This document shows, piece after piece, positions 27,301-35,837 of a stretch of 64,000 bases of DNA. Below the pieces are notes generated by a model, which ran no database searches, was not told where the DNA came from, and was given only the letters and a program-made list of their open reading frames with translations. The stretch comes from a virus. Taxonomy: Duplodnaviria > Caudoviricetes. The stretch's first letter is position 1. Every line of letters begins with the position of its first letter. The stretch is from IMG/VR virus record IMGVR_UViG_2706795976_000001, positions 1-64,000 of that record, one strand, 5' to 3'. The position numbers and the translations under genes are program-made.

Positions 27301-29617
27301 CGGCGAACTCCACCTGTCCGGTGGCGAGGCCATCATGCGGCCGGAGTGGACTCGGGCCGTGGGCGGTCCCGCTGCCGTGGACCGAATGAACCGAGAGGCT
27401 CGCGGCGGCAAGGGCCCTGGCAGCACCAAGCCCGGTGAGATGCACCGTGCCAACGGCGGTGCGGTCTCCGTGGGCTACGGCATGCCTGCCGGGACGAACA
27501 TCTCCTACGGTGGCCCCGGGTTCCCGATGTGGGTCTACAAGCTGGCGCAGAGCTACGGCGTTCAGGCGTCCACCTACGCCGGTCACCAGGAAGACAATCG
27601 TGGAGAGGCTGGGTACGCTCCGAACCCCCAAGGCCTCAACCGAGGCATCGACTGGTCGGGCCCTGTTCCTGCCATGCAGGGCTTCGCTCAGTACCTCCTG
27701 GGCATCGCTCCCCGAACCCCCGCGCTCGAGCAGATCATCTGGATGAACCCGTCGACTGGCCAGCGCATCGGCTGGGCGGGTCGTAGCCCCGACATCAGCG
27801 GCGCGTACTACGCCTCCGACTACGGTGGCCACCAGGACCACGTGCACACCCGTCAGAGCGGACCGCTGCTCCCGGGCATGGCAGGCATGGCCGGTGCCCT
27901 CATGGGCATGGCTGGCATGGGAGCTATGGACATCGGCGCGATGGTTCGCGGTCAGATGGACCCCAAGGCTGAAGAGATCCGTAAGAAGATCAAGGGCACC
28001 CCGTTCGCCGGTATGGTCGGACAGCTCCCCAGCCAGGTCTTCGAGTCGGCATACAAGTCGATGTCGAAGAAGGCTGTCGACATGGCCGAGAAGTCGGGCC
28101 TCTTCAGTGGCACCGTCGCCCCGGGTGGCGGTGTCGAGCGCTGGCGTCCGATGGTCATCGCAGCCCTGAAGCGTCAGGGATTCGACCCCAGCCGCCGCAA
28201 CCAGGATCTGATGCTCGCGCAGATCCAGTCGGAGTCGGGCGGCAACCCCACCGCTATCAACCTGGTTGACTCGAACGCCATGGCGGGCATGCCGTCTCAG
28301 GGCCTCCTGCAGACCATTCCGCCGACGTTCCAGACGCACCGCGACCCGCTGATTCCTGGCGGCATCACTGACCCGTGGGCGAATATGAACGCCGCCCTGC
28401 GGTACTACAAGGCTACCTACGGTAACGACCTCGGCGCGCGCTGGGGTAAGGGCATGGGCTACGACCAGGGTGGCATCTTCCCGCACAAGACCCTCGGCTT
28501 CAACATGTCCGGCAAGCCCGAGGCGGTCTTCACCAACCGTCAGTGGAAGCTCCTCGATCAACTCGTGGGAGCCCTACTCAAGCCGAAGATGTTCGACAAC
28601 CTCACCAACGAGGCGGCGCTTGGTGTCCAGCCGAAGCAGGCCCCGGACACCAAGGTCATCACCATGCCTGAGGAGCCGAAGGACGAGGAGAAGAAGGACG
28701 ACGAGGCAGGCACGGACGATCCGACGTCTGCCGCTGGCGCGCCCGCACGGGAGTACACTCCGGCCAAGCTGAACCCCGAGACCGGCAGTCCCTACGAGAC
28801 CGATCCTGAGACGGGCGTACCGATCGACCCGGCCACCAAGAAGCCGTTCACCGTGGACCCGGTTACCAAGAAGCCGATCACTGCAGGTGACGACGGTCTC
28901 TTCATCGACCCCGAAACCGGGAAGCCCTTCTACGGCTCCAAGGCCGAGATCCTCGACCAGAGGGCGACCACGACATCGCCTGAGGACACCTTTACATTTG
29001 ACAATCCAGCTGATGAACTGGGAGTACCGGAAGGTGACTGGGTCGACGAGTATAGTGGCCCGCTCTCTGACGTGTTCAAGAAGGGCAAGCTGCTCGGTCA
29101 GCTCGGAACAGCCCTAGCGCAGCCTGGCGCGATCCAGCGCATCGGCAACGACAAGCTCATGAACGAGCAGATTGCCGCCGCCCGTAAGCGCGAAGACGAC
29201 CTCGCCAACTACAAGACGGACACCGCTGCCAAGATCAACGAGCTGCGTGCTACCGGCAAGACCGCCGAGGCTGCCGCGCTCGAGAAGGAAGCCCGCAACA
29301 AGATCGCGGGCATGTCGGAGATGCCGGGGACCGCCAAGGGCACCCAGGCCATGCTCGCCACCATGACTGACAACCCAGGCGAGGACTTCCGGCGCAAGTC
29401 GGCCGACGAGTGGAAGAAGTGGCTCGGCGAGAACTGGGCCGGTATCGCAGAGTCCGCCGTTGCAGGCGGCATGGGCGTGGCTCAGCAGGGAGCTGGCCAG
29501 GCTCAGGTCATCGTCCAGGGTGGCATCCACACCACCAACTGGACTGCAGCTCGCCGCGATCTTGAGCGTCGTACCGCCCGCCAGTCCCGTGCCAATGCCC
29601 GAGTAGGAAGGCGCTGA
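21320..29617 (+). CDS. Tape measure protein with a C-terminal lytic transglycosylase-like domain
   Basis: 2765 aa, Ala-rich helical and coiled-coil; SLT motif QIQSESGGNPTAIN..D.N...G.PSQGLLQTIPPTF. Confidence 0.95.
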   Translation: MADKRYQAGTAWIKVSPDFRGWTKEVKDQVNDSLNNLQARASLDKSSARATRRDLDKALEGVEANVGVALSKRELKAAKKDLDGIAGKHRRIAIVQAELDDARARKQLREMGNDFGKMVLSPKVQLDPKSISKEFDRLQNQIAKRANAGMVLPPKVTRDVLDSALRADLLNKKLADARKEVEKIEKGRDKIRKALNADRDQGKYSFGEVRRMIEDELKLERALKKARLEFDRAIKSQVAANNTLARSEAKMIRSLKNESARVRKPKRADSIIAQPGDQANFSDRVRQRRESSAGKSSLKEDVVAFKNAADFAQKLDREIAKLEASEVSLAHANRTVIETQNRLNEVIEKGISTSKQGVAANIAHTRAVQQLERAAVAKDNQELVTTRMREDYNETAKVLQERLDTNPISRWTQQLELASSRSITAFTNRLVYAGRVVSSFVVLSSAAGAALGTLGLINLGPLVGTLGQVAGALGILPGLAVAAGTAIGAIALGVSGIGGAFKSATKLSDAMAAAGGPGQSSDNSKAVRNAQRGVAQANKAAARTAANGAKQIADAERGVQDAQKSSQRAQKDLTQARKDAAEQNEELKESIRDMALEEEDAALSVQEARERLGEVLRDPDSTGTQRRRANLSYRQALEAQRDLRREHQKTKTEFADAQKKGIEGSDVVVAAQERVAEAAEGVAEAQRGVAEAQQNAAESNADAQERVAEAQEALSEAMTTSAAGGSAAQKALEEYERELAKLHPQARALVKQVLGMKDAWMDVRNSVQGRLFGGVATDIQELATKQLPLLQKGLGETAEGINVGLRAALDYLKGSKATADFTSIFDNSAEGVEHFSVGLTNLLRALVPVAEVGTRFMPWFGRSIRDTTNDWRIMAEAAQADGSMEDYFIKAITRAQQYGRILRDLGGGAVAIFASVTGLGEDTLNRTEVRIAAWRERLETELGGEGVVNWFTKVRDLFSTILEITGDVAAFIIAHVVPAFSAITDVVAPIVGGVVHLTTAFADMFPIVQHLLTLFLALRIVDTVIGVGRGAVVRMNAALATQTTAMTTMRTAWNQATVGVNGYTGALARAHIMQQRLAMSPNPMLRQVGQYGAMTRAVGGATAALGGLRAAGSSLVGFLGGPWGVAILAVIAGLGMWYSATQKTKQETQELEERTKRLTKAHKDYNRAVVESRGRRDPQVMSAAEAIATERIDQVDSDADDKVGFTDRFGDLFTKEYWSTDTFFGDDMQSKNIEKKEQEHALAEKQKQLLKDLKIDAAEVGRALAGTDEDWVTFRNRLTASGEAGRDLAATLDADRVAMSEQARVIEQLDAGYLDLHDALSVLRDTQADATDKATALRQAFDALIPGNEKMEALSKFGETMKSLRDAIASVDPEGGFGDELIGAGGQLRTTFANANTLLQLIKDGQQSIAEAQMAGATTEEVTQMWDDWRGSVLQFADAVQIPRDRMELLLKQFAATPEAVSTVINIEGAGNAAATLDEIKLKMDTLFAQGKEGKGTFAIDERMRNTLREMGAGVRDINDVYAEVTFTNDGVYQSFLKLQQAVQGTNTDLDWLASKVQGMPAGKKIIIEDNSPATVARLDALGFKVKTLPDGRIVAIAETETAQTALRALEVSRSTTITANVVKGSGWEHIHDMMLLTENPEEWKRRHQQRQQNQQMPGWGGPWFNNKPPGGYRGMRLPGFANGSRMPGTGPGTEKRDGIYAVLPGGMPIAMVNGSEWVINDKSSEKYDWLLNLINQDRLPGFAVGGPMGGGPKKKQPGLGAIGDPFSAMAGGVMGLGDAFGTAIGTAIPQWQQFGTTLASTTSNFITPALTGVHSQISTLGSLLPTITQSQILPPWMNMATQMANAKATYIDPAFQGITSNLTNLSARVPATAGIVSPTWQSMATQIMGAKTGTIDPAFQGIQGGLGNVQSSFATAVPNIASQWNGMREATAAPVRFTINTVFNDGLVGMWNSVADIIGGKKMNPYAAKFARGGVLPGYTPGRDVHKFISPTGGELHLSGGEAIMRPEWTRAVGGPAAVDRMNREARGGKGPGSTKPGEMHRANGGAVSVGYGMPAGTNISYGGPGFPMWVYKLAQSYGVQASTYAGHQEDNRGEAGYAPNPQGLNRGIDWSGPVPAMQGFAQYLLGIAPRTPALEQIIWMNPSTGQRIGWAGRSPDISGAYYASDYGGHQDHVHTRQSGPLLPGMAGMAGALMGMAGMGAMDIGAMVRGQMDPKAEEIRKKIKGTPFAGMVGQLPSQVFESAYKSMSKKAVDMAEKSGLFSGTVAPGGGVERWRPMVIAALKRQGFDPSRRNQDLMLAQIQSESGGNPTAINLVDSNAMAGMPSQGLLQTIPPTFQTHRDPLIPGGITDPWANMNAALRYYKATYGNDLGARWGKGMGYDQGGIFPHKTLGFNMSGKPEAVFTNRQWKLLDQLVGALLKPKMFDNLTNEAALGVQPKQAPDTKVITMPEEPKDEEKKDDEAGTDDPTSAAGAPAREYTPAKLNPETGSPYETDPETGVPIDPATKKPFTVDPVTKKPITAGDDGLFIDPETGKPFYGSKAEILDQRATTTSPEDTFTFDNPADELGVPEGDWVDEYSGPLSDVFKKGKLLGQLGTALAQPGAIQRIGNDKLMNEQIAAARKREDDLANYKTDTAAKINELRATGKTAEAAALEKEARNKIAGMSEMPGTAKGTQAMLATMTDNPGEDFRRKSADEWKKWLGENWAGIAESAVAGGMGVAQQGAGQAQVIVQGGIHTTNWTAARRDLERRTARQSRANARVGRR

Positions 29618-29618
29618 A

Positions 29619-30515
29619 ATGCCCCGGAACCGTTGGGAATTCAACCCCGAGGCGTTCTTCAGTGATCGTAGGACCAAGATCATCTGGAAGGACGCCAACG
29701 GTCGCGTGTGGCACCTTTCGGGTTACGGACAGGGGCGCGAGGGTGCTGAGCTCTCTCCGGAACCGAGTGGTATGTATCAGCTCGACATGGAGATGCTGTG
29801 GACTGAGAGCGCGCGCCAGGATGGTGCCAGCTACGAGGGCCACGTCATCCAGCGCCGTGAGATCGACTGGGGCATCTCGATTGCGGGCAGTAACATTCGC
29901 GACTACCACCTGATCAACAACAAGTGGTGGGACGGTTGGGATCCCGACAATCCTGGGGTCCTCATGTTCTTCACTCCGGAGACCGGCTGGCGGTGGGCTG
30001 AGGCCCGGTACGTCGGCAACGTGGAGCCCAAGTGGGGCAAGGACCCTGCCCTGATCAAGGCGTGCGACTACGACATGACCCTGTCCATCGACGGGTCTGT
30101 GTACACCTCGGCCAAGGAGTTTGGTCACTGGAGGAACACTGCAGGCGGGGCCTCGGGGTCTGGCCACCTCATCATCCAGAACCCGGGTCATCAGACGGTG
30201 TTCCCCACCTACACGATGCCGGGCCCTGGTACCTACTCGATCTCGGACGGGGAAGGGGGAGAGATGATCCCGCTACCCAAGGTGAAGGCTGGACAGACAC
30301 TCAAGGTGTACACCCACAACAAGAACCTCGTCTGCCGAATCTACGACCCCACCACCGGGCTCGACGGCCGAACCGCGTGGACTGGCTTCGGCACCAAGCG
30401 ATTCCGCACCGGACTCGGCAAGGGTATTCACAAGATCAAGGTCTCCGTCACTGGAGGCAACGTCAACTCCCAAGTGTTCGCCGAACTCAAGCCCCGATAC
30501 TTTAGGCCCTTCTGA
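29619..30515 (+). CDS. Minor tail protein (distal tail-like)
   Basis: First gene after the tape measure gene; QNPGHQTVFPTY motif. Confidence 0.75.
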   Translation: MPRNRWEFNPEAFFSDRRTKIIWKDANGRVWHLSGYGQGREGAELSPEPSGMYQLDMEMLWTESARQDGASYEGHVIQRREIDWGISIAGSNIRDYHLINNKWWDGWDPDNPGVLMFFTPETGWRWAEARYVGNVEPKWGKDPALIKACDYDMTLSIDGSVYTSAKEFGHWRNTAGGASGSGHLIIQNPGHQTVFPTYTMPGPGTYSISDGEGGEMIPLPKVKAGQTLKVYTHNKNLVCRIYDPTTGLDGRTAWTGFGTKRFRTGLGKGIHKIKVSVTGGNVNSQVFAELKPRYFRPF

Positions 30516-32209
30516 TGGTTACCCTCGCACCCCCGTCTCCGAATGCGGCTACATGGAACCCGTTTACCTCCTCGGGCTACATGGAAATGGCTCAGCAGAA
30601 GGAACTCGACGAGCTCAATGAGAACTCGTGCACGGTTCGCATCATGGACAAGTACTGCAACCTTGCTGAGTTCGCCAACGACTACCTCGAGCTCGAGTTC
30701 GACGTCAAGCGCAATGCAGCAGGCGCGATCTCGATCATCCTGCCTGGTGACACAGCCTGCCGGGATCACATCTTCCGCAACCCCGACGGTGCCGACGCCA
30801 TCGTGCCCATCATCGTGGACACGGCGCAGTTCCAGTGGACGGGACAGGTCGACGTAGCTTCGATCATCCTGGACGAGAACGGCGTCGAGACCATTGAGCT
30901 CACCGGCATCCACGACTGGGACTGGTGCGCCTCGGTTGCCATGTGGCCCAGCCCGTTTGCGCCACTCATCGCACAGTTCCCCAAGCGGATGTTCGGCATC
31001 GGTCCCACCCGCAGCGTCATCCACACCTTCTACAAGGCCAACCTTCTCCGCCAGCAGCTGCCTCTCTGGCGGATCCCCAACCTGTCGGACCTGTTCAACC
31101 CCGACGGATGGCACAACCTGTTCGACGCCCACTTCCCCGTGGCTGTCGCACCCCTCAACGCCCTCACAGATGGCTCGAAGTGGTGTGCGGTGTCGGCGCG
31201 CATGCAGATGGGGTCGGAGCTGTTTGAGCAGGCGCTCAAGGACTCGGGCATCTCGCTCGAGGCCAAGCTGTTCATCCCCGGTGAGCACCCGCAGCCGTTC
31301 CCGAGGTTCTTCGGTAACTGGGACCGACCAGTCATCGTCCTCGACACGGTGGACCACTCCGGTGTGACGGGCCCCACAGGTACCGTTATCGACGGCCTCA
31401 TCTGGTGGCTGGCCGAACTCTTCGACGACGGCCTGCGCGCGATCCTGCAGTCCGGAAACAAGACGATCGTACAGGATGGCGGTTTCGTCCGCGACGACGC
31501 CCTGGGCAACATCGCCCGGCTGGTGGGTCTGCGTCAGGCTGTCCCTCGAGCGATCTGGCTAGACGGGCAGTACTCCGCCATCGACGACGGTCGGGTAGAC
31601 CTGCACAAGCCGCTGTGTCGCGATATCATTATGGGAGGACGCAGCCCCGGCTGGGTCAACTCGGGTATCGAGATCGCGATCTCGCAGCTCCTGAACTTCG
31701 TCGGCACCTACCTCGGCGTCGGCGGGCTGTCGGCGCTCTACCAGGGCCAGCTGGCTGACGTGTTCATGGCATGGATGCGGTTCAGTGACCCTCAGCGCAC
31801 CAAGCGCGCGGGGCCCTACCTCAAGCACGAACGCGTCGTGGCCAACGGCTCGGCCGCGTACACCATCTCCGGCGTCATGGAGGGCATGGAGGGACTCTGG
31901 GACACCCGAGCCTACATCTCCAAGAAGATCTCGGTGCGCGATGGCTCGCCGTTCTTCTTCGGCCGCGACATCGTCATCGGGGAGCTGGTCGGATTCGAGC
32001 TCGATCAGGTGATCTGGACTGACTATATCACCCAGGCCACGTTCCGAGACTCTCGCAGCGAACGTGCTGTGTGGGAGCTACAGATCGGCGACGGCGATGC
32101 AGAGGAAGCTGACGGCGTGAAGGCACACCGCAAGATCGCCCAGGTGTTTGGTATGATGAAAGATCTGGCGACGGACGTCGGGGCCGACCTCGGATTAGAA
32201 GTTTTCTGA
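30515..32209 (+). CDS. Minor tail protein (baseplate hub-like, D29 gp28-type)
   Basis: GGRSPGWVN, DVFMAW and D...GE.VGF motifs typical of actinophage minor tail proteins. Confidence 0.8.
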   Translation: MVTLAPPSPNAATWNPFTSSGYMEMAQQKELDELNENSCTVRIMDKYCNLAEFANDYLELEFDVKRNAAGAISIILPGDTACRDHIFRNPDGADAIVPIIVDTAQFQWTGQVDVASIILDENGVETIELTGIHDWDWCASVAMWPSPFAPLIAQFPKRMFGIGPTRSVIHTFYKANLLRQQLPLWRIPNLSDLFNPDGWHNLFDAHFPVAVAPLNALTDGSKWCAVSARMQMGSELFEQALKDSGISLEAKLFIPGEHPQPFPRFFGNWDRPVIVLDTVDHSGVTGPTGTVIDGLIWWLAELFDDGLRAILQSGNKTIVQDGGFVRDDALGNIARLVGLRQAVPRAIWLDGQYSAIDDGRVDLHKPLCRDIIMGGRSPGWVNSGIEIAISQLLNFVGTYLGVGGLSALYQGQLADVFMAWMRFSDPQRTKRAGPYLKHERVVANGSAAYTISGVMEGMEGLWDTRAYISKKISVRDGSPFFFGRDIVIGELVGFELDQVIWTDYITQATFRDSRSERAVWELQIGDGDAEEADGVKAHRKIAQVFGMMKDLATDVGADLGLEVF

Positions 32210-32243
32210 CCCCAATTGCATTGACTAACAAGGGATTTCAAGA

Positions 32244-33146
32244 GTGAAAACTTGCAAAGCATGCAAGTACTGCGGAGCGGATCGACTAGATGCCGAAGCC
32301 TTAGAACGGGCGGCGAGAGAGTGCAAGAGATGCGACGGTGCCCTCAGGTACAAGAAGCGTTCCCAAGACCCTTGCTCGGTGGATGGATGCACCCGGAAGA
32401 CTAACAAGCTAGGTCTGTGCTACCTGCACGCCAAAGACCCCGACGCTCCCCCAAGTAGAGTCTGTGGAAACTGCGGCAAGTCGGTGCCCAAGGAACGACA
32501 CGGACCCAGGGCAGCCTGCTCTGACGGATGTTCTCGAGAGTTAGATCTAGCCAGAAGGTCCGCCCTAGGGTGTGCCGTTCCGGGCTGCACAAGCCCATTA
32601 GCTAGCGTCGGATACTGTAAGTTGCATCTTCATAGATATAATAAATGGGGAGACGTCAACCAGACCGGACCCGAATGCACATGCGTTGAATGTGGATCTC
32701 AATTCTTCGGTCGACAAAAGTCCAATAAGGTTTGTTCTAGTAAATGCCGTTCGGCTCGTCGGTCCAGAACTGCCGATGTGGAAAAGATACGGCAGCAAAA
32801 CCGGGACCTGAGGAAGAAGAACCCGGACAGGTATCGGGAGAATGTACGACACTACAGAGCACAGCGCAGAGCACTCGAGGTTAAGGTCGTCACCGACAAG
32901 GATGTCGCTCGGCAACGCAACCGCCAACGCGGCCTCTGCTTCCACTGTGGCGAACCCATCCAGCAGGGCCCTCGGCAGGAACACCTAGACCACATCGTCC
33001 CTCAGAACCGGGGTGGCAGACATTCAATCGGCAACCTGGTCATTGCCTGCCTCCGTTGCAACGTCTCGAAGTCAGACCACCTCCTCTACGAGTGGAAACT
33101 CAACCAGTCCACCGGGAGACCTCTCAAGCGCAAGGAATTGAACTAA
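32244..33146 (+). CDS. HNH homing endonuclease with multiple Cys-rich Zn motifs
   Basis: CFHCG...HLDHIVPQNRGGRHSIGNLVIACLRCNVSK; many CxxC; lower GC than the flanks. Confidence 0.9.
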   Translation: MKTCKACKYCGADRLDAEALERAARECKRCDGALRYKKRSQDPCSVDGCTRKTNKLGLCYLHAKDPDAPPSRVCGNCGKSVPKERHGPRAACSDGCSRELDLARRSALGCAVPGCTSPLASVGYCKLHLHRYNKWGDVNQTGPECTCVECGSQFFGRQKSNKVCSSKCRSARRSRTADVEKIRQQNRDLRKKNPDRYRENVRHYRAQRRALEVKVVTDKDVARQRNRQRGLCFHCGEPIQQGPRQEHLDHIVPQNRGGRHSIGNLVIACLRCNVSKSDHLLYEWKLNQSTGRPLKRKELN

Positions 33147-33718
33147 TGAGTTTCAGAACGGCGTATGGCTACAAGTACTCCGAAAACGGTTGGCGAATGT
33201 GCAACCGCGACGAGTGCGTCACGGTCACCGTCGCCGGAATGGGCCTGCATGTTCGGTCCGGATATGCAGCAGAAGTGATTGGCGCTTGGGCCCGCTGGTA
33301 CCACGAGAACGTTGAGCGGATCGATCTGTACAAGCCCCTCGATGACTGGGGATGGTCGAACACTAACGACGTCGCCACATCCAATCACCTCTCAGGCACA
33401 GCGGTTGACCTCAATGCCACCCAGTATCCGTGGGGCCGCAGGGTGATGCCCTCAGCCCGGATTGCAAAGGTACGCCGAGGGCTCGCACTGTTCGAGGGGA
33501 ACATTTTCTGGGGTGCTGACTGGTCCAGGGCTGATGAGATGCACTATCAACTCGGGGCGGGAACGGCTGCGGGAGATGGGGCATCCACGAAGTTGATCGA
33601 CTTCGCCCGCCGGAAGATCTCCAACGGTCGGCTGATCGATGGAGTGCCCGCCACCGAGGACATGGACGGACCGGCCTACGGGTTCATCGTCCATCAACTT
33701 ATGGGCCCGGGTCGGTAG
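33146..33718 (+). CDS. Lysin A, M15-family (L-Ala-D-Glu) peptidase part
   Basis: SENGW, SNHLSGTAVDLNA, WGADWSRADEMHYQ. Confidence 0.88.
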   Translation: MSFRTAYGYKYSENGWRMCNRDECVTVTVAGMGLHVRSGYAAEVIGAWARWYHENVERIDLYKPLDDWGWSNTNDVATSNHLSGTAVDLNATQYPWGRRVMPSARIAKVRRGLALFEGNIFWGADWSRADEMHYQLGAGTAAGDGASTKLIDFARRKISNGRLIDGVPATEDMDGPAYGFIVHQLMGPGR

Positions 33719-33724
33719 GGTATA

Positions 33725-34624
33725 ATGAACCTAGGAACGCTTCGTAGGGCAATGACTCCTACATACGTCTCCGACCTAAAGCTGTCCGAGTATCTGCCGC
33801 ACTTCAACGAGGCCATGGTTGCGGCCGGGATTACCACGCCCCGTCGTGCTGCAGCCTGGTGTAGTCAGATTGGCCATGAATCCTCCGGGCTTCGATATAT
33901 GGCTGAGATCGAGACCTCAAATCCAAGCTGGTCTTGGGATCGCACGAGGTATCGTGGACGCGGCCCAATACAGCTGACCCACTCCTACAACTACCGCAGA
34001 TTTGGACAGTGGTGCGAGTCCCGTGGTTACGTTGAGGACCCCGAGTTGTTCGTCAATAAACCCGAGCTGGTGGAGCAACCGAAATGGGGGTTCCTGGCAG
34101 CAGCGTGGTATTGGACGAGCGCCGGACCTCGCCCCGGCGAGACAAACAAGTTCGCGGACGAGGGAAACATCCTCAACGTCTCGAGAAACATCAACGGATG
34201 GGTAACGACACCCAACGGAATGCCAGACAGAATCAAACGATGGAACAATTGCCTCAATATCGGGGCAGCATTACTACCCGAAGGAGATGACGGCATGGCA
34301 ACTGCCGGAGATTACATCAAGGGACAATTCATGGGCCCCAAGGACGCCGGGTGGGATCAACTCGCCCCGCAGCCGGACGAGAATGGCGTCCGGTGGAGCG
34401 CATTCCTGCGCAAGGCAGTCACTAAGCTCACCCTCGTCGAGGCCATCGGACAGCTGGTGTGGGAGGCAACCCTCCGAATTGCACCGTACCGAAACGGAGC
34501 CCGTGCGAACGGCAAGGAAACCGTCCTCGGTCACGCCGCTGCAGCCCACGGTGGCACCCTCGACATCCTAGACAAGCTCTCCCAGATCGAAGCCCGTCTC
34601 ATCGAGCTCGAAAACGACAAGTAA
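33725..34624 (+). CDS. Lysin A, GH19 glycoside hydrolase part
   Basis: AAWCSQIGHES, YRGRGPIQLT..YNY, AAWYW, RNING. Confidence 0.9.
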   Translation: MNLGTLRRAMTPTYVSDLKLSEYLPHFNEAMVAAGITTPRRAAAWCSQIGHESSGLRYMAEIETSNPSWSWDRTRYRGRGPIQLTHSYNYRRFGQWCESRGYVEDPELFVNKPELVEQPKWGFLAAAWYWTSAGPRPGETNKFADEGNILNVSRNINGWVTTPNGMPDRIKRWNNCLNIGAALLPEGDDGMATAGDYIKGQFMGPKDAGWDQLAPQPDENGVRWSAFLRKAVTKLTLVEAIGQLVWEATLRIAPYRNGARANGKETVLGHAAAAHGGTLDILDKLSQIEARLIELENDK

Positions 34625-34633
34625 GGAACCACC

Positions 34634-35044
34634 ATGGCCAAGCACAGTGTTCCCGGCTCGCATGCCGGTGCCCTCGACGGAGCTCTCGAGTGGCTGCGTA
34701 ACGTAGCCACCCCCGAGGCCCGCGCCAAGCTCTACCGCCTCCAGATGGCGATCACCCTCCTGCTCGTCGGTCTCGGCGTGCTTACCACGTCCTCGGCTGC
34801 GGTGTGGGTTGGTCTCGTCTCCGGCGTCATCACCTTCCTGTTCGCGGCTGTACAGAAGAGCCCGGCGTGGCGTACGCTCCTGTACGCAGTCCTTGCTCCA
34901 GCGCAGGCCTTTGCTCAGTACTACGGCTACCACAATGACCAGCTCTGGCTGAACGTCGGAGCGGCTGTGGCAACCGTCCTGGGTCTCGAGCTTGCGGCTG
35001 AGAAGGCCAAGACGTACCCGGTCGACCCCCCGGCGGCGGCTTAG
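34634..35044 (+). CDS. Holin
   Basis: About 4 TM segments, directly after the lysin genes. Confidence 0.75.
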   Translation: MAKHSVPGSHAGALDGALEWLRNVATPEARAKLYRLQMAITLLLVGLGVLTTSSAAVWVGLVSGVITFLFAAVQKSPAWRTLLYAVLAPAQAFAQYYGYHNDQLWLNVGAAVATVLGLELAAEKAKTYPVDPPAAA

Positions 35045-35047
35045 ACC

Positions 35048-35479
35048 ATGTCCATCTTCGGGCGGATCCGAGAATCCCTGGAGACGGGCCAACCGGCCGA
35101 GCGCTGGTTCCGAGTTGTCTCATACCTGATGATCTTCCTCGCGGGAATCATTGCGGGGATTCGTGAGCCGGAGACGTTCGAGAACGCACTGAACCCGCTC
35201 TCCCTGTGGGCGTGCTCGGTATTCCTCCTCGTGGGAGGCCTGCTGGGATCGTGGGCGGTGCTGACCCAGAGATACATGTTCGAGAGGGTGGCAATCCCGT
35301 TTAGCGTTACGGGTCTACTGATCTTCCTTCTCGCGATCTGGACCCTCGAGCTCCCGGCGACATGGACCAGGTACCTGATCACCGCAGTCTTCATCGCGCT
35401 CTGCTCCAAGCTGTTTGCTCGATGGTTCTTCACTACCGCGCTGGTTCAGGAACAGCTAGATCGGCCGGAGAGGATCTAA
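35048..35479 (+). CDS. Membrane protein (lysis cassette)
   Basis: About 4 TM segments. Confidence 0.75.
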   Translation: MSIFGRIRESLETGQPAERWFRVVSYLMIFLAGIIAGIREPETFENALNPLSLWACSVFLLVGGLLGSWAVLTQRYMFERVAIPFSVTGLLIFLLAIWTLELPATWTRYLITAVFIALCSKLFARWFFTTALVQEQLDRPERI

Positions 35480-35483
35480 GCCA

Positions 35484-35837
35484 ATGACAGCTGCCGAGAT
35501 CGCCATCATCCTGACGGCGATCGGCGGCGGAGCAGGTTTCAAGGCAGTTATTGACGCTATCCGTACGGGAGTACCACACAAGCGTGCCGGTGTGGAATCG
35601 GAAGCAATCCAGTCGATCATCGCCGATCGGAATAGGGCCATCGAAGAACGAAATAGGGCCGTGGAATCCGAGCGTGAAGCCTGGTCACGCGCCGACCAAA
35701 TGGAGAGCCGGTACGACAAGATGGCCATGTCACGCAACAAGTGGCGAGACCGATCGTATCGAGTTGATGCCTGGGTTACCAAGCACCTCAGCACCTCTCC
35801 GGAGACCTACCCCGACCAGATCAAGGATGACGACTGA
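35484..35837 (+). CDS. Membrane-anchored coiled-coil protein (lysis cassette)
   Basis: N-terminal TM followed by a coiled coil. Confidence 0.7.
   Translation: MTAAEIAIILTAIGGGAGFKAVIDAIRTGVPHKRAGVESEAIQSIIADRNRAIEERNRAVESEREAWSRADQMESRYDKMAMSRNKWRDRSYRVDAWVTKHLSTSPETYPDQIKDDD

Noticed and set aside
22841-28561. Long minus-strand ORFs (809 aa and 799 aa), and similar ones such as 14684..16045 and 39674..40726
   Set aside because: Antisense shadows of high-GC3 genes; no motifs or translation signals.
33146-35837. Lysin B in the lysis cassette
   Set aside because: No cutinase-like GxSxG ORF is seen in the window; it may be absent or lie outside.
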